64,000 nt of DNA, taken from contig OZ001293.3 in NCBI GenBank assembly GCA_963921275.4, positions 6,304,001 to 6,368,000 on the forward strand, given 5' to 3'. The position numbers and the translations under genes are program-made. Of the stretch, positions 43,599-58,740 are shown in pieces. The notes under the pieces are model-generated. The model searched no databases and had not been told where the DNA came from. It saw only the letters and a list, made by a program, of their open reading frames with translations. Origin of the DNA: an uncultured Hormoscilla sp. (lineage in GTDB: Bacteria > Cyanobacteriota > Cyanobacteriia > Cyanobacteriales > Desertifilaceae). Positions within the stretch are counted from its first letter, which is position 1. Every line of letters starts with the position of its first letter.

Positions 43599-46460
43599 TC
43601 ATTTTTTGGCTTGAATGGGAAGCTCAATGGTAAAAGTCGTTGCTCCAGGTTGAGAGGTACAGTAGAGGTGGCCATTGTGTTTTTCTGTAACAATTTGATA
43701 GCTAATGGATAATCCCAATCCCTTGCCTTTCCCGATCGCCTTAGTGGTGAAAAAAGGATCGAACAGTTTAGTAATGATTGCTGGGCTAATTCCCGGTCCA
43801 TTATCGGTGATGCTAATGGTGACGCTTTCCGATTTTTCCGGAACGGTGTGAGTTTACGTCTGAATGCGAATGCTACTGGGGTCTTGCTGCATGAGTACCG
43901 TTCCGGAAAAATCGGGAGTGCGATCATGATCGCGTTCTTCTAAGGCATCAATAGCATTAGCAATAATATTCAGAAACACCTGATTGAGTTGTCCCGCATA
44001 GCATTGGATCCGAGGTAAGGGGCTGTATTCTTTAATGACGGCAATCTCGGGTCGCCAATCAGTCGCCCGCAAGCGAGATTGCAGAATCATTAAAGCACTA
44101 TCGATGCCTTCGTGCAAGTTGACTTCTTTAACATCCGCTTCGTCAAGACGGGAGAAATTCCGCAGGGATTTAAAGATTTCGCGAATGCGTTCCGTGCCGA
44201 CGCGCATGGAGTTAAACAGCTTGTTCAAGTCTTGCTTGAGAAAATCCAGCTCGAGCGCTTCTATTCGATCGGCAATTTCGGCATGAGGTTCGGGATAGTG
44301 AAGCTGGTAAAGATCGAGCAATTCCATTAACTCTCTCATATATTCCTCCCCATGAAAGAGGTTGCCGTGAATGAAGCTGACCGGATTGTTAATTTCGTGG
44401 GCCACTCCCGCCACCATTTGCCCTAAACTAGACATTTTCTCGCTCTGGATCAGTTGAGTTTGGGTGCGCTGCAATTGGCGCAGGGTTTGTTCGAGTTCCT
44501 TCGCCCTGGCCTGACTTTGGGCCAGGATATTCCCTTGGTTGAGGGCGATCGCTAATTGAGCGATCGCCGCTTCTAAGAGTTCGACTTCATCATCTTTCCA
44601 AGGTCGGACCTCGTGAGCGTGAATGCAGGCAATAAGTCCATAACGTCTGCCCGCATTATCCCAAACCGGCAGCACCAGCATGGAGCGATTGCCTAAAGCG
44701 GTAACAAAATCCCGGACTTCTCGATCTTCAATCTGGGCGACCTCATCGAGGCGCAGGGTTTGTTGACTCAGTAAAACCTCAGACAGGGGGCCAAAGTCAC
44801 TCGTGCGGTGTCGTCCGATAAAGCTGGGCAAGTCAGTCGCCTGCACTTCCGCAACGACATCCCAATAGCAGTCAGAAGCTTCCTCAACATACCAAGCGAA
44901 GTGACAGCGGTCCACTTTCAGGAAATCCTGAATTTCCCGCACGGTCGTATTGATAATTTGGTTGAAATCGAGGGAATTACGAATTTGCTGAGTCAGTTGG
45001 TGAAGGAGTTGTAAGCGTCGGGCCTGCTGAGAAATCAGTTTTGAAGATTGGCACAGGGCCACCTCTTGGCCCTTGCGATCGCTAATGTCGAGAATTAACC
45101 CATCCCAGATAATGGTACCATCCTCTTGTAGTTCTGGTCGCCCAATCGCCTGTACCCATTTCCAGGCTCCCGAAGGGGTAATGATGCGATGTTCGTGTTC
45201 GAAGCGTCCGAGCGATCGGGCCGATGCTGCAATTGCGGCGTTCAGGGAAGCAATATCCGAGCCATGAACGAGGTCAAAGCATTGGATAAAATTGTTCGGT
45301 TCCAGTTCGTAGATATCACGACAGCCTTCCGAGACATAGGGGAAGCATCTGGTTCCATCGGGGTTGAGGCGAAACTCAAAGATTACCACCACCACAATAG
45401 CTGCTAATCGTTGCAAGCGAGATTCGCTGGCCCGGAGTTCTCGGGTTCTCTCCTCGACTCTTTGTTCCAGTTCCTCCTTCAGTTGCCAAAGGGCTACTTC
45501 TGCTTGTTTGCGTTGGGTAATATCCCGACAAATACATATTATAGTCCCGTCTTCCGTTATGGTTAAAGAAAGTTCTTCAAAGAATTTGCTGCCATCTTTG
45601 CGTTTGGCCGTTGCTTCCCCCCGCCAAGACCCCTGCTGCATTAAAATCGGCCTGATTTCGCTCTCAAAGCGAGCGATCTCCTCGGCATCGTAAAGAATTT
45701 GCCAGCTTTTCCCCAGTAGTTCTTCCGGAGAATCGTAGCCGAACATTTGGGCGTGAGCTTGATTCAGATAGATATACCCCTCCTGGGTCAAAATGGCAAT
45801 TCCATCCGTGGTAGCAGCCATCGCGATCGCCTGTTGCTTTAATTTTTCTGCCGTTTTCACCCGCTCCGTAATATCAGCAAAGATTCCCAACATGCCGAGC
45901 GCATTTCCCTCACCATCCTTAATAGTAATTTTATTCATTTCCCACCAATGCTTGCTGCCATCAGCCTCTTCTTGAGCTTCGATGATTTTCAGATCCTTGT
46001 CCTCCAAGCGATCGCCTTCCCGAAACCAGTCTTCGATGTCTCCGGAGTAGTGCGAGTTCGGTGTCCCCCGGGTAGTGCGAATAGCGCTCCCGGGTGACAC
46101 CGAAAGCTCTCCGGAGACATCGAACTCTTCTCCTTTCCCAGCTAAATCTTCGTCGCTTTTTCCCCTAATTTCTGCCGCTGATTTCAATCCTGCCATCTTC
46201 GCAAAATTATGATTGCAACCTAAATAAATATTATCGCTATTTTTCCAAGATAAGGCCGCTGGCATATTGTCGAGCGCGAGGCGCAAAAAATGTTCCGATT
46301 CACAACATTCAGAGAGCATTTTGGCTAGAGCTTCCCTAGCCTCTTCTTGTTTTCTATACTCTTGCTCAAAATCTTTGTGAGACTGCTCTAACTGCTTTTG
46401 CAAGTTTTGGTTAACAGCCTCAAGTTCGGCAATTCTTTTTTTCCTGTTTTTTTTTGACAT
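43599..46460 (-). pseudogene. PAS/GAF sensor histidine kinase with a nonsense codon (43854-43856) before the HATPase G boxes
   Basis: VAHEINNP, NIIANAIDA; the frame continues after TAA as ..DNGPGI..FDPFFTTK..GKGLGL. Confidence 0.88.
46032..46124. repeat. 93-nt nested palindromic element, in frame within the kinase
   Basis: Perfect 16-bp IR TTCGATGTCTCCGGAG/CTCCGGAGACATCGAA enclosing a second similar IR. Confidence 0.88.
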
Positions 46461-46739
46461 CTGTTTCTACCACGGACCCAATGAGATTAGCTTTGAGGAT
46501 TTTCTAGAGCCCCAGTCCCTTAAAAACACTTGACAAACTGAATCATCTGTGTTACTTAAAATTTATTCGACGCTCCCTCTCATCATTTTAGCTAAAATTT
46601 GTCATCCTGGACCGACTAGGTAAGGGGTAGAGCGATCGCAAAGGACGTCCCTTTTCCCAATTGGGAATTACAGATTATACTGCCACCATGTTTTTCTACC
46701 ACAATCTGACGGGCGATCGCCATTCCCAACCTAGTACCT

Positions 46740-47400
46740 TTACCTACTCTTTTGGTAGTAAATCCTGGCGATGCGTTGTTTCACCTCTGGGGGCATCCCC
46801 GTGCCATTATCGGCAATTTTGACAACAACCCGATCGCCCTCAAGTCCGGTTTGAATCGTAATGCGATTGGGGGAAGCAGCAATATCGGAAAAACTGCGTC
46901 CCGCTTGCTTCCAAAGCATCGATCGCATTGGCCAGCAAATTCATAAACACCTGGTTGAGCTGTCCGGGAAAGCCGTTTACTTCCGGCAATTCTCCGCCGG
47001 AAGACTTGAGTTCCCTTTGAGGCGATGTTTGAGAATCAGTAAGGTACTCTCAATCCCCTCATGAAGATGGAAGGAAACTCGATTTTCATTGTCAGTTCTC
47101 GAAAAATTACTCAGACTGGTGCTGATATTTTTAATCCGATCGCATCCTACAGGCATCGAGGAAATCATTTTCGGTAAATCTGCCAAGAGATAGTCAAGTT
47201 CGATTGACTCTGCATGTGATGCAATTTCCTGGGAATCGGCTTGTTCTCGATCTAAGTTCAGATGTGCGATTAAATCTTGTAGACTCTGTTGAGCTTCATA
47301 TAAATTCCCTGAAATAAATCCCACAGGATGTTTCGTGAGCGACTCCAGCAACCCAATTACCTAAAGCTGACATTTTTCGCTTTGCGTGCAATTGGGCCTT
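46740..47400 (-). pseudogene. Histidine kinase C-terminal fragment
   Basis: SEKMSALG, LSNFSR, HEGIESTLLILKHRL, ADNGTGM in broken frames. Confidence 0.75.
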
Positions 47401-47911
47401 TTTGAGATCATTAATAGAATCCTGCAATGCTTGATTAGAGACTTGCAATGCTTGAAAAAGGCGTTGATTTTATAGGGATATTTCCGTTTCTCTGCTTAAA
47501 ATTTATAGAGTTTCATCCCGACGAGAAGCATAGCTACTTCTCTTCCTCTTAATTATAGGTCCGCGTCCCTTATTCTTAATGCTACTAACTATCTTCTTAA
47601 TGAAATCAAGCATCTGCTTTACTCCTTTTTCCCGGGAGCATCTCAATTTTGTCATCAAGCCCGCGCAGGCGGGCTTTGTAAGTCTAGCCCCACCCTTTAG
47701 GGTGAGGGCGGGATAGCTCTAGAGATTCGCGCTGCCTAATCATCGGTGGATGGTGATGATTTGGGACTGCTTCCATATACTTGGCTACAATCTAGCAGCA
47801 GTAGCCCCATGATATCAACCTGCTTTCCTGAAATTTACATCGGTACAAGGGGAGCGATCGCCCCGGTCGCGGGGTAGGCGATCGCCCCGGTAAAGTAACC
47901 TCAAGAGACCT

Positions 47912-49607
<1,696 letters not shown>

Positions 49608-49832
49608 ATTCTTCTCACTTGTAAATGGACTTGTTGATTTTGTCAATCCCAAGGGAAAGTATACCATACTTCCATCTGAACGGGCGAAGTATGGCTTCCC
49701 AGAATTCATGCTAATACGACATTGCCATTGAGTTTTGTCACATCCTCTACTAACCTTGGTCAAACCACAATAGAGTAGCAAGCACTTTAGTGCTTACTAC
49801 GAACGGCGCGGTTTGTCGGCATCAACCTACGA

Positions 49833-50812
<980 letters not shown>

Positions 50813-50943
50813 AATTTTCTTCTCGCGATTTTCTACTTGCAGCGAGAATAGTTTATAGCCGATCGGCAACAAAGAAGCACCCGGAATAGGTGCTTCTACA
50901 AGTTTCGTTACATTTTCGGTCCACCAACCACAGTGCTACTCAG

Positions 50944-51213
50944 TTAAGATGCGTCTGCTGCCACAGGATAAATACTCACCTGCTTGCGGCTTTTTCTCTT
51001 GCGCTCAAAGGTCACAACCCCATCGATCAGGGCGAACAGAGTGTCATCCGAACCGATACCGACATTGTTACCTGGGTGAAACTTGGTGCCGCGCTGACGC
51101 ACCAATATATTACCAGCCTTGACCACTTGACCGCCATAGCGTTTAACGCCCAAGCGTTGAGCATTCGAGTCCCGTCCGTTACGAGTACTACCCGTTCCTT
51201 TCTTGTGAGCCAT
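50944..51213 (-). CDS. rpmA: 50S ribosomal protein L27
   Basis: [16 protein letters not shown]. Confidence 0.98.
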   Translation of the reverse strand: MAHKKGTGSTRNGRDSNAQRLGVKRYGGQVVKAGNILVRQRGTKFHPGNNVGIGSDDTLFALIDGVVTFERKRKSRKQVSIYPVAADAS

Positions 51214-51371
51214 GATTTTCCTCCCATATTCTTACATTCACATCTTACAAGCCCTGTAACCTGGTGTCGTGGCTGAGCCACGGCACCAGGTTTGGGAGTT
51301 ACCCCGCCTCAAGTATCACTTGACATGGGTGATAATGTATTAGATCGCGTCATGTCAATTGATACTTGTCA

Positions 51372-51950
51372 TTATTGTTCCTGAGTTTCAGCCTCTGCTG
51401 TTTCCGCTAGTGCCTCAGTCCCTGGATCTGCTGGTGTCTCAGCCCCTGGATCTGCTAGTGTCTCAACTGCTGCTTCAGTGGGTGTTGAGGCTACTTCAGT
51501 TGATGCCACTTCTACTGTAGTTTCCGCTGGTGCTGACTCTGGTACTGACTCTGGTGCTGACTCTGGTGCTGGATGCAGTATTTTTTCAGCTATTACTACC
51601 TCAGCTGTCGTTTCCGCTGATGCTAGTACTGTACCATTGAGATTAATCGAGTCAATCATCAGCCGCGTAATTTCCTGGCGATGTCCCCGCTTCTTGCGAG
51701 TTTTCTTTTTCGGGCGCATCTTATAAACCAGAACTTTACGCCCTCGGAACTGTCGCAGCACCGTGCCTTCCACCGTTGCGCCTGCTACTAGGGGCTGACC
51801 GATATGCACGTCCCCATTATGCTGCACAAACAAGACTTTGTCGATCGAGACCTTCTCTTCTGCTTCCACTGGCAGCCGTTCGATATCGTAAAAGCGACCA
51901 GCTTCTACGCGCAGCTGTTTGCCGCCAGTTTCGATGATTGCGTAACTCAT
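51372..51950 (-). CDS. rplU: 50S ribosomal protein L21 with acidic C-terminal extension
   Basis: YAIIETGGKQ..KKRGHRQ. Confidence 0.97.
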   Translation of the reverse strand: MSYAIIETGGKQLRVEAGRFYDIERLPVEAEEKVSIDKVLFVQHNGDVHIGQPLVAGATVEGTVLRQFRGRKVLVYKMRPKKKTRKKRGHRQEITRLMIDSINLNGTVLASAETTAEVVIAEKILHPAPESAPESVPESAPAETTVEVASTEVASTPTEAAVETLADPGAETPADPGTEALAETAEAETQEQ

Positions 51951-52182
51951 GCAATTGTCTCCTAAAGGATGCCGTACAGGTAGCTGGGCTTTGAAGGCCC
52001 CAGCTTTTAGAACTTCTCAACCTGATCCGAGCAGGTAAGAGTAGACAATCTGTTATTATTACTCATGGTTGCCTACTCTGTCAAGCTTGTGACCAGCGAA
52101 CAGGTATCAGGCCCACCAGCCTAGGGCGGATCGCCTGCCAGTGGTTAGAAGATCGACCTGTCCGGATGAAAACAAATCGCTA

Positions 52183-53958
52183 CTAAAACTGATTGTCATC
52201 ATCATCCAATCCGGGTCCGGGCATGGGCTTGACAGGCTTTTTATGCAGTTGACGCAACCATAACCAACCTACCACAGCCACGCTCAGAGACACCCAACCC
52301 GTCCCTGACTGAAGTAATAAAAAGCCACCTGTCGCAAACATCGCACCAAATAATAGTAAGATCGCAGCTAAGACCTTTGTCATGTCATTAGCCAAGTCTT
52401 GGACTGGTAACAAACCAGTGCGTTGCTGCTGACGCCGCCAGCCCGGACCACCCGGACGCACCAACCGATAGAAATTATCCAAAGTTTCGTCGGACTCTGG
52501 AGGCGTCAATAGCATGACCGTCACCCAGAGAATGGCAGAAATGCCAGAAGTTACCATCAGACGTAAACCAAAGTCAGAAATTGTCAGCACGGGCACTACA
52601 CTGGTAGTTAACCCGACTACAAATCCTCCAGTCATAGTCGCCAGTTCCGCCCCAGCATTGATTCGCCACCAGAACCAGCGCAGAATTAACACTAACCCAG
52701 GTCCAGTGCCAATGGCAATCACCAAGCGAAACACGGTAGCGACATCTTGGGCGAAAAAGGCAGCCACAGCACCTAAGACTGTGACTAGAATAGAAGATAC
52801 TCGTCCCACAAATACCAGGGAGTTCTGACTGGCATCGGGGTTAACAAAGCGTAGATATAGATCGTTGGTCAGATAAGAAGCACCCCAGTTAATAGAAGTA
52901 GAGACAGTACTCATAAAAGCGGCCAACAGGGAAGCAACTACCAAACCCAGCATGACAGGTGGGAGAAAGTCAAGCATCAGTTTGGGATAACCCAACTCTT
53001 TATCTGCTAAGTCGGGATAGATGACAATGGCCACCAAGGCCACCAGGATCCAGGGCCAGGTACGGACAATATAATGGAGGATATTGAAAAACCAAGCCGC
53101 TTTTTCAGCTTCTGCTTCGTCCTTGGCAGCGATCAGGCGCTGAATGAACTCCCCACCGCCATCACTGCGGCGAAAGGCCCACCACTGGATAAAGATATAG
53201 GCCAAAAATGTACTGGCAGTAATGCCAGCAGTTTGACTATCCAGGGGAAAGAAGGAGAGGACATCTTGGGAGGTGGTCTCCTGGACAGCAGGAAGTAACT
53301 CTCGGATGCCACCGACATGGTTAACTGCAACTATGGCAACGGCGATCGCCCCTGTCAACCCCAAGAAGAACTGGAGAAAGTCCGTAGCAACGACACCCCA
53401 AAGTCCGGAGAAACCAGCATAAACTAGCACCAAGCAGCTAACGCCGACCACACTGGCCAGCTTGACATTATCTTCGGGATTAATTCCCAGACTTTGCCAG
53501 AGTTCCAGGGCATCGACAACCTTTACCATTGCTAGCATGGCGTAACCGATGCCAATGCAGTTAATGGGTACGGCAAACAGGAACGCCTTGATGCCCCGCA
53601 GTACCGCTGCCATGTGACCACCGTAGCGAATTTCCGTTAACTGGGCATCGGTGACAACCTGGGAACGCCGCCACATGCGGGCGAAGATATAGATCATCAC
53701 CACATGGGCAACCCCAAAACTCCACCATTCCCAATTACCCGCAATGCCCCTAGTGGCCACCACGCCAGCAATGTAAAGGGGCGTGTCGATGGAAAAAGTT
53801 GTAGCGGCCATACTCGTCCCCGCTAACCACCAGGGGAGACTTCGCCCACTGACAAAGAACTCTTCTAAATTCCGGGATGCCTTGCGGGATAGGTACAGCC
53901 CCAAAGAGAGGGTCAAGATCAGGTACAGCAGCACAATTAGCCAATCGATCTGAGTCAT
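52183..53958 (-). CDS. Sodium:solute symporter family protein
   Basis: FFVSGRSLPWW, GVVATD, QRLIAAK, LAAFMST. Confidence 0.9.
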   Translation of the reverse strand: MTQIDWLIVLLYLILTLSLGLYLSRKASRNLEEFFVSGRSLPWWLAGTSMAATTFSIDTPLYIAGVVATRGIAGNWEWWSFGVAHVVMIYIFARMWRRSQVVTDAQLTEIRYGGHMAAVLRGIKAFLFAVPINCIGIGYAMLAMVKVVDALELWQSLGINPEDNVKLASVVGVSCLVLVYAGFSGLWGVVATDFLQFFLGLTGAIAVAIVAVNHVGGIRELLPAVQETTSQDVLSFFPLDSQTAGITASTFLAYIFIQWWAFRRSDGGGEFIQRLIAAKDEAEAEKAAWFFNILHYIVRTWPWILVALVAIVIYPDLADKELGYPKLMLDFLPPVMLGLVVASLLAAFMSTVSTSINWGASYLTNDLYLRFVNPDASQNSLVFVGRVSSILVTVLGAVAAFFAQDVATVFRLVIAIGTGPGLVLILRWFWWRINAGAELATMTGGFVVGLTTSVVPVLTISDFGLRLMVTSGISAILWVTVMLLTPPESDETLDNFYRLVRPGGPGWRRQQQRTGLLPVQDLANDMTKVLAAILLLFGAMFATGGFLLLQSGTGWVSLSVAVVGWLWLRQLHKKPVKPMPGPGLDDDDNQF

Positions 53959-54099
53959 ATCATTAAAGATGCAAGGATTTGAGATTTCCGATTGCCGAAC
54001 TCCATGGGACTAAGTTTCCTGGGATCGGAGTGCAAACATTTTGACTGTATGATATCAGTCGTGAGTGGCCCGGAAGAATGAAACCGCCCTGCCCTGGTA

Positions 54100-54212
54100 G
54101 GCCAACGGAGAGGTTTTAAACCCCAACGTTGAGGTCCAAAACCTCTCCGTTGAGGTTTTAAACCCCAACGGAGAGGTTTTAAACCCCAACGGAGAAGTCC
54201 AAAACCTCAACA
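54100..54212. repeat. 21-bp tandem array (~5 units)
   Basis: CCAACGGAGAGGTTTTAAACC-type units. Confidence 0.8.
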
Positions 54213-54245
54213 GTGGGACGATGGATGGCGATCGCCTTTCACCAG

Positions 54246-54596
54246 TCAGGTTTCACCAGTCACCAGCACCTCGCAGTAGCCGATCAAGGTTTGCAGGCGT
54301 GAGACTATTTGCTTTTGCCGCTGTTCTATGGTAGATAGCTGGCGGGATGCCTGGAAAAACGTCAGATCGACAGTCAACAAGCGCATTTGTTTGTGCATTT
54401 CCGTTTGTACCGACTGCCATCGCGAGACTAGGGAGGGATCGATACCATCAGCAGTCAAACTGGCCACCCGCTCCTGAAAAAACCGTTGCACTCCCTCAGA
54501 CCGATCGGAGGATACGGTCACCTGTAACTCCTCCAGGGCCTGTTTAAACTCCTGATAGCATTGGCGATGGCTGTTAGGCAACATGAGCGTCGTCAT
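54246..54596 (-). CDS. patD: PatD family protein
   Basis: QSVQTEMHKQMRLL..QASRQ..LIGYC; divergent from relA/spoT. Confidence 0.8.
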   Translation of the reverse strand: MTTLMLPNSHRQCYQEFKQALEELQVTVSSDRSEGVQRFFQERVASLTADGIDPSLVSRWQSVQTEMHKQMRLLTVDLTFFQASRQLSTIEQRQKQIVSRLQTLIGYCEVLVTGET

Positions 54597-54768
54597 TATT
54601 TTTCCCGCATGTAAAGAAATTTGTATATATTGATAAAAAGGCATAAACAAAGATTACTATCTGAAATCAATTAAGTTGCTAGGCATAATTTTGATAGAGG
54701 CAACCTAATAAAAGGAAAGAGGGCAGATATTGAAGTCACTAATATAGAAACCTAATAGGACTAATAAC

Positions 54769-57033
54769 ATGAACTTAATGGCTCCAACCGCACCCGCTAT
54801 TACACCAGCTGAATCTGTTATTCCTGACTGGCTACACTCATGTATGATCGTACCGGAGGTCGCCAGTCCGGACTCAGCAGAAATATCCCAGACAGATAGG
54901 AGATTAATATGTGAGGCGTTTGAATTTGCCTACCAACTGCACAAGGGTCAAAACCGGAAATCAGGAGAACCCTACATTTCCCATCCGGTTGCCGTGGCCG
55001 GACTGTTGCGGGAATTAGGCGGTAGTGCAGTAATGATTGCCGCCGGGTTCCTGCACGACGTAGTAGAAGACACCGAGGTGACGGCAGAAGAGATCGAAGC
55101 TCGGTTTGGCCCAGAAGTGCGGCAAATGGTGGAAGGGGTGACCAAACTCTCCAAGTTGAAGTTCTCCAGTAAAACAGAACGCCAAGCGGAGAACTTCCGC
55201 CGCATGTTCCTGGCAATGGCACAAGAAATCCGGGTGCTCGTAGTGAAGCTGGCAGATAGACTGCACAACATGCGGACCCTGCAATATATGTCCTCAGACA
55301 AGCAACGGATCATAGCCCTGGAAACCCGAGAAATATTTGCACCGCTGGCAAACAGACTAGGTATCGGACGGTTTAAGTGGGAACTGGAAGACCTGGCATT
55401 TAAGTATATAGAACCGGATTATTACCGGCTTATACAGGAGTTGGTCGCAGAAAAGCGGGCAGACCGGGAAAAGAGACTGGAAAACGTGATCGAAATTCTG
55501 CAACTGCGTCTAGAGCAAATTGGCATCACCAAAGCCGAGATTAGCGGGCGTCCCAAGCACCTGTACAGCATATACCAGAAGATGCAGCGGCAGCAGAAGC
55601 AATTTGAGGAAATCTTTGATATCGCTGCGGTGCGGATCCTGACCCAGACAAAGGATGAATGTTACAGGGCATTGGCGATCGTCCATGATGCGTACCGTCC
55701 CATTCCGGGTCGATTTAAAGATTACATCGGTTTACCGAAGCCAAACCGCTATCAATCATTGCATACGGGAGTGATAGGTCCAACAGGTCGTCCCCTGGAA
55801 GTGCAGATCCGCACCCAAGACATGCATTATATAGCAGAATATGGGATTGCGGCCCATTGGAAATATAAAGAAACGGGGTCGAGCAATACCCAGCTGACAG
55901 GAGTGGAGGAAAAGTTTACTTGGCTGCGGCAGCTGCTAGACTGGCAGAAAGACCTCAAGGATGCTCAGGAATATCTGGAGCATATCAGGGATGATTTATT
56001 TGAAGACGAGGTGTATGTGTTTACACCCCTCGGGGATGTGCTTTCCCTCAGGCGAGGATCAACACCGGTAGACTTTGCCTATCGGATTCACACGGAGGTA
56101 GGGAACCATTGTGCGGGTGCAAAAGTGAACTCCCGGATGGTGTCTCTGGATACGGAGCTGAAAAATGGCGACATTGTGGAGATTATCACCCAGAAAAATA
56201 GCCACCCGAGCTTGGACTGGCTGAATTTTGCCAAAACTGCGGGGGCGCGGAACCGCATTCGCCAATGGTACAAGCGATCGCACCAGGAAGAGAACATCGC
56301 TCGCGGCAGGGAAATGCTGGAGAAGGAGTTGGGGAAAAATGGTTTGGAAGCTTTGCTAAAATCCGAACAGATGCAGGCGGTAGCAGAGCGCTGCAATTAC
56401 CAGCGGGTGGAAGATTTACTGGCAGGTTTGGGATACGGTGAGGTAACGCTGAATACGGTAGTAAATCGGATCGGGGATGGGAATAAAGCCAAAGAACCAG
56501 TGGAAACTGTGTCCACAGAGTCCAAGATTTTCAATCTCCTAGCATCATCCCCTCCTCAGCAAGATGCCAAGTCCAGTCATGCTTGCCCGATCGCGGGTGT
56601 AGAAGGATTGTTGCATCATCTAGCTGGGTGCTGCAACCCAATTCCAGGGGAAGCAATTATGGGAGTGGTGACGCGGATGCGGGGAATTTCTATACATAAG
56701 CAAGGCTGTCCGAATTTAGATCGGGTAGAGGGCGAGAGGCTGATCCCGATGAGCTGGAAGGCTACTAGCGAGACAAGGCGTGCGCTAACTTACACGGTGC
56801 AGGTGCAAATTGAAGCGATCGATCGGGTGGGCGTACTGAAAGACATTTTATTGCACTTGAGCGAGCACGGCATAAATGTCCGTAATGCCCAGGTAAACAC
56901 GAACCGGGGTAAGCCAGCGACGATCGACTTGGGAATGGATATTTGCAACCTGCGGCAATTTGAGCGAATCTGTAACCAAATTAAAAAGATGAGCGATATC
57001 CTGAATATCCGCCGCCTGGGTCAGATGGAGTAA
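54769..57033 (+). CDS. relA: Bifunctional (p)ppGpp synthetase/hydrolase (RSH)
   Basis: RKSGEPY, LHDVVED, DRLHNMRT, YQSLHT, TGS and ACT domains. Confidence 0.96.
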   Translation: MNLMAPTAPAITPAESVIPDWLHSCMIVPEVASPDSAEISQTDRRLICEAFEFAYQLHKGQNRKSGEPYISHPVAVAGLLRELGGSAVMIAAGFLHDVVEDTEVTAEEIEARFGPEVRQMVEGVTKLSKLKFSSKTERQAENFRRMFLAMAQEIRVLVVKLADRLHNMRTLQYMSSDKQRIIALETREIFAPLANRLGIGRFKWELEDLAFKYIEPDYYRLIQELVAEKRADREKRLENVIEILQLRLEQIGITKAEISGRPKHLYSIYQKMQRQQKQFEEIFDIAAVRILTQTKDECYRALAIVHDAYRPIPGRFKDYIGLPKPNRYQSLHTGVIGPTGRPLEVQIRTQDMHYIAEYGIAAHWKYKETGSSNTQLTGVEEKFTWLRQLLDWQKDLKDAQEYLEHIRDDLFEDEVYVFTPLGDVLSLRRGSTPVDFAYRIHTEVGNHCAGAKVNSRMVSLDTELKNGDIVEIITQKNSHPSLDWLNFAKTAGARNRIRQWYKRSHQEENIARGREMLEKELGKNGLEALLKSEQMQAVAERCNYQRVEDLLAGLGYGEVTLNTVVNRIGDGNKAKEPVETVSTESKIFNLLASSPPQQDAKSSHACPIAGVEGLLHHLAGCCNPIPGEAIMGVVTRMRGISIHKQGCPNLDRVEGERLIPMSWKATSETRRALTYTVQVQIEAIDRVGVLKDILLHLSEHGINVRNAQVNTNRGKPATIDLGMDICNLRQFERICNQIKKMSDILNIRRLGQME

Positions 57034-57246
57034 AGGCCGTTCGTAGTAAGCACGCTTCGTGCTTGCGTTCGTAGTAAGCACAAAGCGTGCTTGCCAGCGC
57101 ATATGCGCTAGAAAAGGGAGAGAGGAGATCAGATCGCTCTTCTCTTCATCCTCGTCACCAATCTTCATCTTTAGCATCTGTTAAAACTGGCATCAAATTT
57201 CTGTATGATAGTTGTGGTGGCTACTCACCTATAAATTGTAGTCCAA

Positions 57247-58740
57247 ATGACGCCAACTGAAACTAACAGCAAGCATAATTCACCCAATCCCTTACTAAGT
57301 CTCGACTACGAACCCGCTCTGGAATCCTTGGGAGACGACTACTACGATGAAGTCGCAGCGGCGGAATTTCCCCAATATATCCTGAGATGGCGGAATGACG
57401 ACCTGCTATCCCAGCTGGGGTTAGACCCCAAACACGTGACCGATGAAGATTTTATCGAAGCCTTTGGCAAATTGCAAGGAGTGCGTCCCTTTTTGGCACT
57501 GTGTTACCACGGCTATCAGTTTGGGACATATAATCCCCAGCTGGGAGATGGCCGAGGTTTTCTCTACGGACAAGTACGGGGTATGGATGGGGAATTATAC
57601 GACTTGGGCACGAAAGGTTCTGGCCGGACGCCCTATTCTCGCAGCGCTGATGGCAGACTTACCCTCAAAGGTGGAGTGCGGGAAATTTTAGCAGCTGAAG
57701 CATTACATCGCCTGGGAGTCTGTACTTCCCGCTGTTTGAGCATGGTGGAAACGGAGGAACAGCTATGGCGAGGAGACGAACCATCTCCGACTCGTTCCAG
57801 TGTAATGGTGCGTTTCAGTCGTTCCCACATCCGCTTTGGCACCTTTGAAAGGTTGCGTTATTTTGAGCGTAGCGATTTGATCGAGAAGCTGTTAGACCAT
57901 GTAATTGATATTTATTATCCTCCCCATCCTCCCTTGGTTATAAAGGAGAGTGCAGCTGACAGATACCTGCGATTTTATGAAGAATTAGTGCAACGGGTAG
58001 CTGCCTTAGTAGCGCAGTGGATGGCAGCTGGGTTTTGCCATGGGGTGTTAAATACGGATAATATGTCGATTACTGGGGAAAGTTTTGATTACGGTCCCTA
58101 CGCTTTCATCCCCCATTACAATCCCAATTTTACTGCTGCCTATTTCGATTATTACGGACGTTACAGTTACGGTAATCAGTCGCAAGTCTGCAAGTGGAAT
58201 TTAGAAATGTTGCAGGTGGCATTATCAAAGGTAATTCCTGCCGCAGAGATGGACAGTATTTTAGCAAGATTTGATGAGTATTATCAGAGTAGCTATCGAG
58301 AATTAATGATGAAGAGACTGGGGTTAGAGTCAGTGGCAGGAGGGGAAGCAGAGGAGTTACTGAAACTAACAATTGAGGTGTTAAAAGATACGCAGGTAGG
58401 TTATCAGCAGTTTTTCATGGCTTTGAGTGAGGAGTTCGAGCCCAGCTGGCGGGATGATGCCGATCGGATTCCCAATTTTGCCTCTCCGATGTGCTCTGCG
58501 CGCGCTATTCGCACTACGCATCGCACCTCGGCAGTTCCTTGGGAGAAATGGCGAAGATTATATCAGGGGGTTTTGCAGAGTTTACCTGCTGCGGAGATGG
58601 ATAATGTTGCGAGTCGCTTAGAAAAGTATAATCCGAAAACGGTGTTACTCAGACCGGCGATCGAATCTGTGTGGGAGCAAATTGTAGCGGAGGATAATTG
58701 GCAGCCGTTTTATCAGTTGGTGCAGGATATAAAGGAGTAG
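57247..58740 (+). CDS. selO: Protein adenylyltransferase SelO (YdiU)
   Basis: [35 protein letters not shown]. Confidence 0.92.
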   Translation: MTPTETNSKHNSPNPLLSLDYEPALESLGDDYYDEVAAAEFPQYILRWRNDDLLSQLGLDPKHVTDEDFIEAFGKLQGVRPFLALCYHGYQFGTYNPQLGDGRGFLYGQVRGMDGELYDLGTKGSGRTPYSRSADGRLTLKGGVREILAAEALHRLGVCTSRCLSMVETEEQLWRGDEPSPTRSSVMVRFSRSHIRFGTFERLRYFERSDLIEKLLDHVIDIYYPPHPPLVIKESAADRYLRFYEELVQRVAALVAQWMAAGFCHGVLNTDNMSITGESFDYGPYAFIPHYNPNFTAAYFDYYGRYSYGNQSQVCKWNLEMLQVALSKVIPAAEMDSILARFDEYYQSSYRELMMKRLGLESVAGGEAEELLKLTIEVLKDTQVGYQQFFMALSEEFEPSWRDDADRIPNFASPMCSARAIRTTHRTSAVPWEKWRRLYQGVLQSLPAAEMDNVASRLEKYNPKTVLLRPAIESVWEQIVAEDNWQPFYQLVQDIKE

